Of a stretch of 64,000 nucleotides of DNA, positions 24,801 to 40,867 are shown piece after piece. The stretch comes from Azolla caroliniana (Eukaryota; Plantae; Polypodiophyta). Both the position numbers and the translations under genes were made by a program. The notes below the pieces were generated by a model. It made no database searches and had not been told where the DNA came from. It worked only from the letters and a program-made list of their open reading frames with translations. Location of the stretch: contig JBHGNT010000018.1 of NCBI GenBank assembly GCA_043228905.1, positions 17,298,001 to 17,362,000 on the forward strand, read 5' to 3'. How positions within the stretch are numbered: position 1 is the stretch's first letter; each line of letters opens with the position of its first letter.

Positions 24801-27800
24801 GATTTTATTTCCAGTGCTGACCTCCTTCGTGGACTCTGTTGCCATCACCTTATGAGACAAATAATAAGGTTGGGATTCTAATTGCTCCGAATGGCAGAAA
24901 CTGAAATGGGAGACACTATTTTTTCTAATATTTTATATCATATTCTTATATTGTTTCCTTTTCTCTTCTTTCTTCTATATTCTTTGCTATTTCTATTTTA
25001 TTCTCTCTTTAGTATCTTTTGTGAACTCTCTCTAATGTTTTGGTCTCTCGTTGGTGGTGTCGTTTTTTCTTTTTGGGAACCTAAATGATGCAAGTAGCAG
25101 GCTTTTCTAATGAAGCAGGGTGGAACTCTAGGATTTGGAGGAATGGAGATACAAGGATGATACATGAGATATTCTATATGTACTGTATGAGGTTGGTTGA
25201 ACAATGAGAGACAATTGAAAGATTTCCTTTGGAAGAATATATTGGCTGCCTGTTACTGAAGATACAATGTATATTTTCCTAACGACACTGTAGACAGCAC
25301 AGCACTTAAGGGTGACCGAGGAAACTCTCTTATTGGAAATGTGATGTTATTATTAACCTGCATCTGTAGGCTGGTAGAAAAAGCTGGAGTTCACAATATG
25401 TAGGCTATCCGAACTTAGTTCAAATGCCATTAGAAGTACTATTGGAGACCGTGACAGGGTAATGCTCTACGCTCCCCTACCATGTAGGAATGACATTTTC
25501 ATGTGCATGGTATTTAAAATGTTGCATTCTCATATCTAAGACATCTGTCGCAATGTCTCACACAGAGGGAATGGAAAACTCTGCTCACAAGATACCATTA
25601 CTTTTTTAACATGAGATATTTTCGAATTGCGAATGTATTCAAAATTTAACAATTTGCTCAATAGTTTTTCTTACTCTTGCTTATCCAATGTCTTTCTGTT
25701 GGGGTACAGCATTCTTGAGTAGCCTACTCTGACAATTCTACCCTTCATTGGCTTTTCTTAACCCTTCCCTGTTCCTGTTTCCTCATGACCATTTTGATGG
25801 GATATAAGCCCATTGTGGGAAGTTGTTCCTGTGGTATCCTTGTAAAAGAATACACAGCATTTTCATGTACGATGCGAAGTCAATGACTTAAATGGTTAAT
25901 TTCAATTTTGTTCATATTGAAAACATGTTAAGAGTGGAGCATTATAGTTTATGCTATGCAACATCAGCTGTGTATTGAAACTACCAAACTAAAAATGATT
26001 CAGATTTAAAACCCATTTTTTGTATGATAGACATGTGTTATTCTTGATATGGCAGCTTAAGGATATAATCAAAAGCCTTGAGAACTGCAGGAAAACGTTG
26101 GAGAATGATGGACAGTACTTGCAAGCTGCAGTGGTAACTAAGCAGCTGCATGCATTGAAGGTATCCAGATGCATTGTTTTGCAGAAAATACAATGCTAAA
26201 TATTCTTCTGAAGAACATTTTTATAATTTATAGATATTCGTAGAAAACAAGAAAAGGGAAATGATGCTAGCGACACACATCAAAGAGAAAGAAGAGGCTG
26301 AAGCTTCGTATACAGCTGAGCTTAATGAAAAGAATAATGTAAAAATCCGTTCAAAAAGCTTCTAAATGTTTGTTTCACTAGTTAAAAATCCCCTGTTAAG
26401 AATGCATGATCTATTCTTTGTTTTGATTCTTGTCTGTTTAAGGCTAGAGTTTGTAAGCGTGGTCATGTTTTTCAAGAATTAACGGCAATCTCAAAACAAA
26501 ACTGATTGTGACCTTTGAAGTGGTTGAAGTAGTTTCCCTTTTCATCTCATCATGCATATCCACCTTTCAGAATCATATGATGAATACATTGAGTTGTTAA
26601 CTGAAAGACATTAGAATTTACATTGTTGTGATTGCATGCATCATCGCTGAACCAGTTTGAGATTCTTAATTTTGTATGTTACCATCAAATTAATATATCA
26701 GCATTAAAGCATCATCAAAGACAATATCATAACCAAATGGGTGTTCTCGCTGGATGAATCTTCACAATGCAGTGTGTGAAAGAGGAGAGTGATACGTTAC
26801 TGCATAGTGAATTATATTTTTGTAGTCATTATCAATATCTGTTTTTGATGGAAGTACTCTTTTTGACAACCATCTACATGCATAATATTCATGAGGCTGA
26901 AATTGTGTGCGTTATATTTGATAATATTTTAATTATTTAGTCTCGCATGCATTTTAGAAGTGACTGCCTTATTTTCTGTTGGTTCAGCTTTGGAATGAGA
27001 GGTTCAAGGTTTTCCAGAATGAAGTGATACAACACGTTCAATTTTTGAAGCAACAACATGCAATTGCATTGCAAAATTTCAAAACTAAAATGGATACAAA
27101 AATCCCTAAAAAACCCCATCTATCCCGGGAGCTAATAAATGAAAGAAAGGTTCAGGTACTATACCTCTTTGAAGTATAGCTTTGAGATTGAAGCGATATA
27201 TACTATAGCATGACACTATATTGCTAAATAGTATGTTGTGTATTACAAGTTTTTTTCAGGACATGCCTGATGAACAGACTTTAGTTGAATTTATAATTTT
27301 GGCATCATGACTGTGAGCATGTTCTATGAATTGCAGACATTTCTTGGCAGGCAAGGCAAATATCTTGAAGCTCAGAAAGTGAAGGCAAGTGCTGATCGGA
27401 AAGAGATGAAGCAGTTGCAATCAACTATAGCGTCTTACCAAGCTGAGATTGTACTGAAAGAGCAAGCAGTAAAAGCAAAACAACAAACAGAGATGACAAA
27501 CTTACTTCAGCGTGCTGCACAAACACGGGATGAGCTCAGAAGGAACAAGGGGAGGGATGTTGCATGTTGCACTCAGGCATATTTTTTAAGCTCAATGTTT
27601 TCGTTATGATCAAAACACCAAAATACCCCTAACTTACTGGATATTTACTGGAATTACCCCCATGTAGTTGTATATATTGTACTACAGTGGGGTATTCTGA
27701 GCAATTTTGGAAGCTCAAGGGTATTGCGGTGACTACACAACATGTTACAGTTATTTTGGTGTTTTCTTAAACCTTTTTGAAGTTAAATATTAACACTCTA

Positions 27801-28085
27801 GTATTTTTTAATGCTGTTGAAATATGCATATTGCAGCGCCACAAAAACATACTGAGAGATCTTGAAGCATTACACAAGCAAGAGAGGCTCAAGCTGGACC
27901 ATAAATTAAAGAAGATAGTACATGAATTCCGAGCTGTTGGTGGAGACATGAGGGATTTGAGTCATGCCATGCAGACAATTGTTGTACCTGCATTATCAGG
28001 CAGTGAGGACGCAGAAAAGTTGGCAGCATCATCATCATCAGTTTTGGAGATAGAATGTTTTAAACTCATGAAGAAAAGTGAATAG
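21872..28085 (+). CDS. 6-exon coiled-coil protein with two UVR-like (G-x-Y-L-x-A) motifs. Exons 21872-22078, 26056-26160, 26234-26338, 26988-27155, 27337-27576, 27837-28085
   Basis: All phase-0 junctions give one frame (LKDIIKSLENCRKTLENDGQYLQAA...PKKPHLSRELINERKVQTFLGRQGKYLEAQKVK...). Last intron probably GC-AG. First-exon linkage across the 4-kb intron is less certain. Confidence 0.75.
23314..23595. repeat. Intronic minisatellite, ~60-73-bp unit, ~4 copies
   Basis: TATGTAAAGGGATT...TTACTCTAAGTTTAGGTGAGTAAATGGAACATAGTCATGCTAAATC repeated. Confidence 0.85.
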
Positions 28086-30560
28086 ATTTTGTATATTCTC
28101 ATTTTATATCGTAACGCACAAGCAAAGCACCAGAGGTTTGTACTATCCCTTCCGCATGTGTTGCCTTCCTGGTTTGTCCAAAATGTACTGGGAAATATCA
28201 TTCTTTTTTGTCAGCTATAGAATCATTCTATCTGGGTGTGGACACCGGATCTTAAGAGTGTATGTTTCATTGAAATTCACATGGAATGTCAATCCTACTA
28301 GAATAGATCTCTCTTTGTCTTTTTGTAACGATATTCTATTTTTAGTGCAACAAATCATGAGCACCTACATTTCATGCATAAATGCTGCTGCATCAATTAG
28401 CATATTGGCTCCTTGTCATCAGATAGAGAACCTATATATGCCTCAAATTGTCAAATCAAAGTCATGAAATTGAGAACCAGAGTTTGGTCCTGTCACATAG
28501 ATGACAATCAGTCTCTCTTGAACTTTAAAAATATATGAATCTCTCTCGCTTGTCTCTCATGTACAATGAAGCTTCCATAGATCCCATTGAGTTTCTGATG
28601 GTGTCATATGAGGTAATTGTTTTCAAGTATTCGACAAAATGATATATGTATAATCCGCAAGACTTGATGTTAAATGGGGTAGCAAGTGGGAGTAATACCA
28701 TTTTATGGAAGTGTTTCCTTAATTTTGTTTTTGAGAAAGAAAATTGTTCTTAACGTACTGGAAAATGTTATCACAAGCCAACCTAAACTAGTTTTGGAAC
28801 ATGAAAACATTGCATGACGTACAACTGATGCTATGACATCTGCTAATATGATGGATGATTAGAATGAGATTACTGACCTGAATAGTTTTGTGGTGTAATG
28901 ACTTGTTGAACACTCTAATCCATAGTCCAATAGAGAAGTGGTGTAGGGGCTTGTTGGACATTGTAATCAATAAATAATCCAAACGGGATGTAGTGTAATA
29001 AATTGTTGAGCATTGTAATCAATAGAGACGTGTTTTGGAAAAAGGTAAGGAAGCATAACTCCAGGAATGTGTCGCAAATTATATGTTTGTATTGTACTAT
29101 TGTCCAATGAAGTAATGATTGTTTGTTTATAACCAACCTTCTCATAGTCCTCCAGTGCATCCTCCCCTACATGTAGGTGTCCATCACATAGAGGAGCTCT
29201 CACAAGAACACAATCTAGATAGCAGGTATCATGGTTAATATAAATGAGTTACCTCTCCATTTCATTGTTACTTTTCATCTTATAGAACTATGCATCGATT
29301 ACCACATCTTATAACTGAATAGTTTTTCTTGGTTCCTTGTTCATTCATATTTTTACTGTATAGTTCACCAATTACTACAATTTATCTCATCGGAATTATG
29401 CTTTTCTCTCCCATTTCAATGTTCGTTATTATTTTGTAGCACCACCCTATGTCACAACATTTTTTATTGATGTTCTACATTTTTCTCTCCATTCTTGTGT
29501 ATGTTTCTATTTTACTGCACTATCCATCAAATATTATCCTTTTTCAAATCAATTTCAAAATGATTCAATGTTATCTGATCACTGAATTGAGATGAATCTA
29601 TTAGCGATTTTTATATAATGAAAAACTTCAACATGGTTACCAACATTGCTACATCAGTACAATTACTCTATCATCATTGTAATAAGATTTAGGGAGAAAC
29701 AGTGGAATCCATAACGTCTCCGGTGCAGTATCTGGTCAGTGATGGCTGATGGAAACAGACTATACATATATTGAACTCATGTAATAGAACAAAGAATTGT
29801 CATAAAATCCTTGACCAAACCTGTTTCTCTTCCAATGTGTCATTACCGAAACCATTCTCCTGTTAAAAACTGGGTTTAAACTACAATCTTCAGAGGACGG
29901 GCTTAGGTATAAGAGAACGAAGGCTACTTTGTGAGCATGGTTGTTGTTTGTCATTTAATCCCATCTAGGACAAGCACTTAACACACGTACATTCTTGTTA
30001 TATACCTCCAAGTTCTAAGAGTGACATTGATTTGAATAGCAACGGATTGGATCCCTAAGCACAACAATAATTACAATGTCGAGCATATTTCCAACAGATT
30101 ATATAGTGATTATATATGGCAGAATATTCTCAAGAACTTGGAGGATTTATTGAATGAATATACAAATGATCTATATAGATAGATAAGCAGTTATTTATAC
30201 ACAACTGGAATTGCTCCAATACAGCAGACACTATACATTAACCCAGGTCTCAAGCAAGAATTGGAGCACATCAAACTGATCTAAATCATAGGAATTTGTG
30301 AGCCACAACATGCTTCAAAATCACATGTAACATCAAAATAAAGAGCTTTGAATGTGCAGAACAAAGCCATTGCATTACAAAAAGAGAAAAACTCTCAGAT
30401 AAACATGAAGTACTAGATGTCTGTTACTAGAGATGGATGCTGTCTTTTTTATTTCCATAAGAAAAGCTCAAGAAAACCCAAGCTCCTGAGCTAAAAAAAG
30501 ATCAGGAAGTGAAAATATGCCCGCTCTAACTGTCCAAATTCCTAAATCCCTGACCTTCGT

Positions 30561-32255
<1,695 letters not shown>

Positions 32256-34099
32256 TTAGATGAAAAGGGAAGTGTATTTAGGAAGAGCTAGCCAAGACTT
32301 GAACTTCACACCTTTTCATGTTTCACCCAATTCTGACCAAAAAGCTTTCTCCAAGCTTTTACGACCCTTGTTGGCGAGCAAGCTTTCTCCGAGGTTTTGT
32401 GGGCGGGCTTTATAGGTGAGATATGGTACACTTAATAGTTCCTGTGAGCTTATAGATGCAATATACCACATTCACGTAATGAACTCTACGTAGATGATCT
32501 GCAATGTACTTGGCTAGCTGATTCTGAGCTCCTCACAACAAACCTCATAACATGCATTGATTATTTAGTGTTGAGAGTCTAATAACCATCTATTTGAGTC
32601 AAGACCATGGTTGTAACTTGTAATGTTTGACCACAAGGTTGTAGCAAATGCCCAATAATGTAGTAGTAGTAGTAGGCGTCGTCTAGCAAGGTCTTTGCCA
32701 TGGGCATGGTTGTTGTATGGAAGTCAATGCAAAGCCTATAACTTAAGGGTGTGGAGAGCTGTCTAGGAAGATTTTCAAATGCAATGTATGATTAGATTGG
32801 GAATGCATGCAAGTTTGAGGATATGTATTGGGTGATCTATGGTGGAACTTTGTGACATAAACTTCCTAAAACTCTAGACACATGTTAACGAGTTAGAGTG
32901 CTCCAATATTGTAATTATAGTGGTCCAACAAGGTCAGGGAATTATGGGGTAACAGAAAAGGGTAAAGTTTAATATATGTTGGGCGGAGAACTCACTCAAT
33001 GCTTGTTCATTTCTCAAATTGGAATTGACACGGAAATGTTGTGGGTTGGAACACTGTTGGACTAGCAAGAGTTCGTTCTAGCAACAAGGGCAGAATGTAT
33101 ATTTTACTTCCCAATACTAAGGTTGCAACGTACATAAACATATCATATCTTCTTTCAAATCTCTATTTGATTAGAGTCTTGAATCACCTTATTGGTTTAG
33201 ATATGGATTATAAACATGTTACTTGATTTTGTGCACGACTCTCAACATTTTAATTTCACTCATGACAACCATCTCAAATTGAAGGCACCTAATGGGTGTT
33301 TTTTAGCAAATTACAAGTATTTTTTGTGGGTGTAGGGGTCGAGGTGTACCCAAAAGGTTTTCTCTGTTCGTGTGTGTGCACATGCGCATGCACTCGTATA
33401 CTAAGTCATATAGAATAAAACACACATTACAACTAAAGACATGAGTCATGCGAAGAAAGTTGGGTAGTTGGTAGAGAGTTCCATTGAGAGATACATGGAT
33501 TCTTATTGTATATTATGATTTGATCTATGAGGAACCATAATCACAAAATAAATTGTCTCGTTCGTTTTCTCTTTGGCTTAAATGGGAAAAAGTAGAATGC
33601 GGAAGGGATGAAGCTATATAAGTGAAGAACCAAAAAGAAAAGAAAAGAAAGCTACCTATTTTAATCCAAGCTAAACTAAAAGTGCCTCCATATTTAAGAA
33701 AAGGCGAAGTTTTTTTCCTTACCAATAAAACCATGCTCTCAATTCCTTCCATATTATAACATATGTCGTTGCATGCAAGCATGCATGCATACACGTGAAA
33801 TACGTGTTAAACCCTAGCCCTATCTCAAATCATTAGAGACCTACCTCATGGAAGCTAGGATTCCTTCAAAACCCTATATACCATAACTCTAAATCATTGG
33901 AGATTAACGCATGGAAGTTATAACTTAGGCTTTTACTTTAAGATATTTCTTGACATTCTCATCCTTCATCTGCTTGCCTTTGGTCCAATGTCAAAGAGTA
34001 ATGTACAAAAGTTTAAGTCGACATCTTATTGTGTAGTTTCATGTAGTTATATCAACTTAGGCACCTGAGCTATTGCGATTGTGTTGTTGGTTGAATTAT

Positions 34100-35844
34100 A
34101 TGGATGAGATCGATGGGTTTGATGGTTATCTTGCATGTCGGGAATGTTCTAGCCAATGTTTTGCTTCTCATGGCAATATAAATTGGTGCCATCGATGCAC
34201 TTCTGGCTCTAGGCTTCGCCCAGATATCAACCCCTCGTTCATACTCACCCTCTCATCTCCCATGATCTCAACCAACAAGGAACCTTACCCCTTCATGGTA
34301 AGAACTTCCCTCTCTATCTCTCTTCTAGGTAGATATTCTTAGTTTGTTTTTTCTTATGAGATACTTTCTTTGACTCATAGTATTTTGGGACAAATCAACT
34401 AAACAACCTAAGTTTACAACTTTTTTGTGATGGTGTGTTTTAGAAAAATTAGAAGGATTAGAAATATACTTCACATATTATAAATGATTATGTTGTTATG
34501 GCTTTTACTACAAATATGTATGATATTTTGAATCTTACCATTTACATTAAGTTTAATCATGCTAAGTAGCCTTTAGTAATAGATTGTTGTGCTTAAGGCT
34601 TGTTTCTAATTCATTTGTAGATGTTCCCCCATTCATTTGCTCAACATAACCTTAGTAAATGTGTGGGTGAAATAAAGCTCGAAGGCCCTAGTGGATGGGT
34701 TTGGCCTTGCTCTTTGGAGAAGGATGGAGATTCTATGCTGCTCACAAAACCTGGATGGGAGAACTTTTCTCTCGACCACAATTTAAAAGAAGGGGATACA
34801 CTATTGTTCACCTTTGTCGGGAGGAATTTATTCAAAGTACGCATATTTGAACGGGAAGAAGGTATTGAGAAAGGAAGGAATTGCTTTCCAAGTTCAATCA
34901 AGCTTTTATGCTCAACCCATGAAGACAAAGGGCGTGCCACTTCAATGAATTGTCTCCATGGTAGGATTAATATTAAAGACCATAAAATCAATGATAAGAG
35001 CAAGAGGTCAATGTCATCTATATCAAGTATGCCTCACAAAGATTTTGCAAGCAATGATGAAAACAATCAAGAGGAGTTGGTAAGACCTTTGGATCCAAAC
35101 ACATGCAATATTGATCACAATGCACATGGAGGTCAAAATTCTTTGGAGGATTTAAATGATACTACTAATGGCTTAGTGTCTATTGCAAACCATTTGAGTG
35201 CATCATGCACTGAGGACCAGATAATGGGGGCATTTGAAAGAGCTAAATATATCCATGAAACCATTGCTCAAAAAATTGAGAACCCAAGTGTCACCAAATT
35301 GATGAATATCTCTACAATACAAAAGGCTAAGTTGGTGAGTTCTTTTTCTACAATTTTGTGTTTAAGTCAACTTTCTATGTCAACAAGTAGAGAAGAATCT
35401 ATTTGTGATCTATTGTATTCTAAGCTCTATCTCAAAGAATACACTTAAACACCATGGAATAATCAATCCATGGCATATACAAATGCCATGCCAGTACCAT
35501 TTTAACTAGAGTGTTTGCATGCATATTTAGATTTCCATGTTTTTGCAAATGTACAACTTCATATTGGATAAGTTGTTGATAATGCTTGTGTGTAGGTGTT
35601 TCCACTAACATTTGTAAGGAGTTACATGCCAAGCAAGAATATGCACATTACACTCAAAGACGAGGATGGTAAGGCATGGAAATGTAAATGGTTATGTGAA
35701 GCTCGTTCGAGACAAAAAATATTTGTCAGTGGAGGATGGGCTCCATTTGTGAGAGCACATAACTTGAAGGTTGAAGATGTGTGCATCTTTGAACTCATAG
35801 ACGTTAGGGTTTTTGAATTCAAAGTCCATATATTTAAAAGATAG
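34100..35844 (+). CDS. B3-domain transcription factor (REM/VRN1-like, two B3 domains). Exons 34100-34297, 34621-35334, 35596-35844
   Basis: N-terminal CRECSSQCFASH. B3 #1 LEGPSGWVW...GWENFSLDHNLKEGDTLLF...FKVRIF. B3 #2 LKDEDGKAW...GGWAPFVRAHNLKVEDVCIFEL...FKVHIF. GT-AG phase-0 introns. Confidence 0.88.
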
Positions 35845-38800
35845 AATTGATGACTCAATTTAATTGTTGTTGTTGTTACCATCATCCTTGCTAAAGGGAC
35901 GAGGGACTAACTTTCAAGTGTCATTCCTTCTGTCGAATGTTGTTGTTGCCATTGTTATTGCCATTACATGTCGTTTTTGTTGCCCTTGCCCTTGCTCTCT
36001 CTAAAGAGAGAAGCTTCGAATTGTTCTTTGACCACAAAAGTATAATCTTTCCAAATGATTCATTCAATAAATTCGAAGTAATGGTTTTTCACATTGCTTA
36101 TTTGCAAATTGATTGATCCTTTTCACATTTTTTTAGGAAATAATATTAGAGGTGCACATGTTCACATTAACTTTTGTCTACGTTGTGTCATCATAATAAT
36201 ATTTTCAAAATCATTAGTCACACACAATGTTAAAAGAGTTATGCCATTAATTTTGGAATGATATCTTGGAGTGCCCTTCAATTGCTTCGAAAAGCTGTCA
36301 GAAGCAAGGTGAAAGCAAAATAACCCAAGGACAAGAATGTGTCAGGATTTATGCTTGCAATCTTGAAAAGCATAACATAGAGATGCATATTTTTCTATTT
36401 TCCTCAAACGTTTGGATAAATTTCCATTTGTGCTAATAGACAAAATAATGATATTGGTTTTAAGAGAATAGAAAATTGAGTAGAGTGAATGAATCTTTAT
36501 TCCGCAACTTAATATTTATATGTACTTATTCCTTAACTTGATTAAATACTTCTCTTTATGATCAAATAAACTCTTTCAATGTTGAGCATCTCCAAGCTTA
36601 ATTACTGTCTACATTTAAGCTCCCTCTCTAATCGACATAGATTTCAACTTAATACTTATTCGACATGTGGGTTTCTTTGTTGGACAACCAAGACCTAGAA
36701 CGCATGGTTGGAAACGCTTTCAGGTAAGTGGAATTATCTACTAAGTTCACTAATGAATGTCTTGGTTTTCTTGAATCCAAAATTATGAAAGAGTGTTAAT
36801 AATGCACTAAGAATCCAATTGTAATATGATATAACATGCTTTGTAAGTCATAATTTCAAATGTTAGAATCTTAATTAATGTTAAACAAAATTAAAGAGGA
36901 AAATAAGGAAGAATGGGCGCCAATCCACCGACCATCCCTTAATGAAGGTGAGAGACAAATCCAAGTCTCCCATCGGTGTCTCGTGTACGAACATGGATCG
37001 TGCCAAGAGGCACACTTGTATGAAGCTAGATATTTGTCACACTTTCAAAGTCTCGATCTCAAAACAATAAACAAAAGAGATCTCCCTTCATGAAGGCAGT
37101 GAGCCTTCTTATATAGGTTTTGACCCTTGCGTGTGTTTCACAATTGGTTGCTTTTTTATAAAAAGTAGCCAAGTGATGAAACACTCTAAAGTTATCTCCC
37201 ACATAGGATTGAGATAACTCAATCCTCACCCTTCATCCTTACAAATTAGCCCTCAACTATTGTTACAATTGGACAACCAATGAATGGAGAGTCTTTAGAA
37301 AAGTGCATCTATCCAAGGGGCCTAGGAAGAGGTCTAAATATGAGTCCTAGCTACCCTCATAAAAACACATACGTTGAAAACTTTGCTAAATCAACATACA
37401 TCTTGAGACACAAGAGGTGCAGGCTACACTTTCGTTGTGATGATCGTGTTACTTAGTCCAAGGTACTAGTCATCCTAATATATGTCGGTATTGGACGTCA
37501 GTGGTAGGTTGGTTATGTCTTGATCATAGCTTGGGAATGGTCTTCATAACCAATGGGGTGGGGATTCTTGTTCTTGCAATTTGTTGCTTTTTTTGCCCAT
37601 TTGTTTCCTTCTCTCATGTGCAAGGGTTTGAGACTCTACGCCAATGCTAGACTCTACTACAGAGATTGATTGGTTTTGTAAAACTATTGATGTGAGCAGA
37701 TGTTCCCATTTGCTTGAGTTTCTATAGCCATGGGAATGCAATATCTAGCTGTGTTTTCTTTTCTAGTTATACAAAATAGGTTCTTGAGTATTTCAGATGT
37801 GTGAAAAGAAATAAAATCAATTGAAGTGAAGTTAGTGGATGCTTCTTCACAATTCAACTCGAAGGCATACATTCATTTCTTTGTCTTCTTTTTACCTAGA
37901 ATGACCAAATGGAGATAATTTTAGCAACAAAGATAAAATTTTATAACTCAGAGTGCTAGTTGTGGAGTTAGTAATATTATTATCGTTATAGGTTTCTTGG
38001 ATCACACACTCAGTGTAGTGACCATTGCGAGTTCTCACAAATATGATAGTGACTCTCCTTAGATAAAAGAAAGAACGATTGCACAACCAAATGACGATGG
38101 GCAACAACCCATTCATGGATACGTAATGGTGGACATGGGAGTGAAATGTCACTGTAAACCAATATATCCATAATCCAAACATTCATGCAAGTTAGTTTTG
38201 CAAATGCATATGTAACAAGTGAGGTTGGAATAATTGACTATTTTGAAGACTAGATGTGAGATTTTGCTTTAGCCTCTGAAGTGTAAGTCACAATATTATG
38301 TTTGAGTTTGTGACAACTTCAAAACTACTAGGTTTTAGTTGTAGAGCGTATGTTTTTGTTTAAAACCCTCTCAAGGGGTGGTAGATACTAGAAATAAAGG
38401 ACCTTTGACTTCTTGCACACAAACTTGAATCCATAATAGCATCATACCCCATACTCAACTTAAACATTTGTGCAAGTTTGGTTTCTAAAAAGTCGTTATT
38501 TTCCCTATTGGGTAATGAGGTCAACAATAGATGGCAAAGCACATCCCCTCCTCAAAGATTTCCCTCAAAGATTGGTCAACACCAACCATATGAAGGAGAA
38601 AATACTTCGGCATTTTTTCCTTAGGTCATTAGACCAAAGATATAGGGCACGTTTTCCCTAGTTTTGATGCATACGAATGAAGGTTGTTGTAGCTTGGCAC
38701 TAGAGACGGAAGCACGGTGTTGAACCTACAAGAACCTGCAACTACATGGCCCTAAGCATAGGTTTGGCATACTAGTACTCCTTGCCTCTCACTTTGAACT

Positions 38801-39079
38801 CTTTCCCCTCCTTAAAAGAGTGGTCAACACCAAGCAGAAAATACTTCGGCATTTTGTCCCTAGGTCGCACGTTGACGCGAAGTTCCGCGCATGTGTGTTA
38901 CTTGGGCAGGACCACGGGGTCTCAGACTAGGGAATACAAAGGGGATAGAGAAGACCCGAGATTTTCTTCACGACAAGGTTAGTTCCCGAGTAAAGGCTTT
39001 CATTGATCATGATTCATCGAGCTTTCAAGATCACCGCACGAGCCGAGTGATCAAATGGGTACAAGCAAAGATGAGCATG

Positions 39080-39730
39080 GAAGATGAATGCACAAGGGAA
39101 GGAAGAACACACATTCACGAATGCACGTACGCCTTTATGAGGAGGAGAGGTGCATGGGCATGCCCGAACGCTCCCTCATCACAAGACACCGAACATAAAA
39201 GGGAAGGGGACGAGAACACAAACACGAATGCCTCTACATCTTTATGAGGAGGAGAGGTGCATGGGCAAGCCTGAATGCTCCCTCGTCACAAGACGTTGAA
39301 CGTCCAAGGCAGGGGATGAGAACATAAACATGAATGATCATTCGTCTTTATGAGGAGGAGAGGTGCATGGGCAAGCCCGAAACTCTCTCTCGTCACAAGG
39401 CGACTGAGCGTACAAGGAAGACACAAACTCACACACGAGTGCCTGTACATCCTTATGAGGAGGAGAGGTGCATGGACAAGCCCGAAACGCTCCCTCGTCA
39501 CAAGAAGATTGAATGTACAAGGAAGACACAAAACTCACACACGAGTGCCCGTACGTCCTTATGAGGAGGAGAGGTGCATGGGCAAGCCCGAAACGCTCTC
39601 TCGTTAGAAGACGGTCAAACGTACAAGGAAGACACAAAACACACACACAAATGATCGTACGCCTTTATGAGGAGCAGAGGTGCATGGGCAGGCTCGAAAC
39701 GCTCCCTTGTCACAAGATGACCGAACATAC
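39080..39730. repeat. Tandem repeat, ~106-bp unit x6
   Basis: TTATGAGGAG(G/C)AGAGGTGCATGG recurs at ~39136, 39243, 39349, 39454, 39560, 39666. Confidence 0.92.
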
Positions 39731-39772
39731 TATTAATCCTAATGTTGGACTTAGTCACAAACACAGAATGTT

Positions 39773-40094
39773 CGTATCAGAGCAATGAATCTCCAAAGGG
39801 GTGGTTAGGATATGGATGTTAACCAGTGTTTATCCCATGCCAATCCAACTATTTCCGGATACCTTCCGAATTACTTAATACGCAATTGATTACTTCTAAC
39901 ACGTGTAAGATTAATAGTTAAGCACATAATGGTAAGTACACCAAGACACAATAGAATTAAGAACAAACACTAGTCTTCTATTACTTTTGCTAATCATTTA
40001 CATCGGTTCCGGATACTTTTATAGGCATCCAGTAAGAATTACAAAACGGTGCCTTACCGAATACTCACTCTCAATCGGTGTGGATCTGGATACG
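39773..40094. repeat. LTR-like remnant truncating the neighbouring Gypsy
   Basis: Bounded by CGTATC...GATACG inverted ends, internal TTTTATAG; no TSD found. Confidence 0.3.
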
Positions 40095-40867
40095 TCGACA
40101 TATTCCGACAACTCGCCCATGAAACAAACTCGATTACAAAATGTTGGGTCTGTTCCGCATCATTGACAAAGTCAACCTTGTGGCTTTCCGTCTTGCGCTT
40201 CCATCACACTACCGAATTCACAATGTCTTCCATGCATCACTTCTTGAGTTCTATCATCCATCCTCAATTCTAGGAAGAAGCATCGAGCCACCTTCCCCTG
40301 TGGCTTTGGCGACTAGGGATGAGTATGAAGTCGAAACCATTCTAGACTCGCGCAAGAGTTGATGGAAGCTCCAATATCTAGTCTTGTGGAAAGGATATCC
40401 CATCTCTAAGGCCACATGGGAGCCCGCTAGAAATTTACTCAATGCCCCAGAAGTGGTTCATGATTTTCATCTATGATATCTTGACAAACCCGCACCTTCT
40501 TGAAGTCGGCGCTTAAGGGGATGATAATGTCATGAACATCGACTTGAATTTTAGCCTTAGGTTCTTGTATATATATATTTCTTCTAGAGACAAACTTTAG
40601 ATTTTAAACCTTTGTATAAAGAGTGGTATATAAGATTGAGTATGTAAGACTCAATATGTAAGACTTGGCATGCAAGAATTAGTATGCTTGATATTATAGT
40701 ATGTAAGACTTGGCATGAGCATGGTTATCATGCTTCACGACATGTATAAAAAGGGTTGATATCCCTTGTTAACATCAAGGAAATCAACACCGGTCATGGA
40801 ATAGATATTCTTACTCATTGTCATCAACTTCCCCATCTCTTTATCTTCGAAGTGTTCATTCGTGACA
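40090..40867 (+). mobile_element. 3' fragment of a Ty3/Gypsy chromovirus (integrase C-term + chromodomain, PPT, complete 340-bp LTR 40528-40867)
   Basis: IHNVFHASLLE, EYEVETILDSR...YLVLWKGY...TWEP. PPT AAGGGGATGATAA. LTR ends TGTCATGAA...TTCGTGACA. Confidence 0.88.

Noticed and set aside
28788-29203. Cluster of short minus-strand ORFs
   Set aside because: No motif or splice structure recognised
36880-38500. Possible LTR or decayed TE coding sequence
   Set aside because: No termini, PBS/PPT or protein motif could be identified by eye
39080-39730. Possible CRISPR array or repeat-protein ORFs
   Set aside because: The inter-core segments are homologous to each other and the unit length shifts frames; it is a tandem repeat
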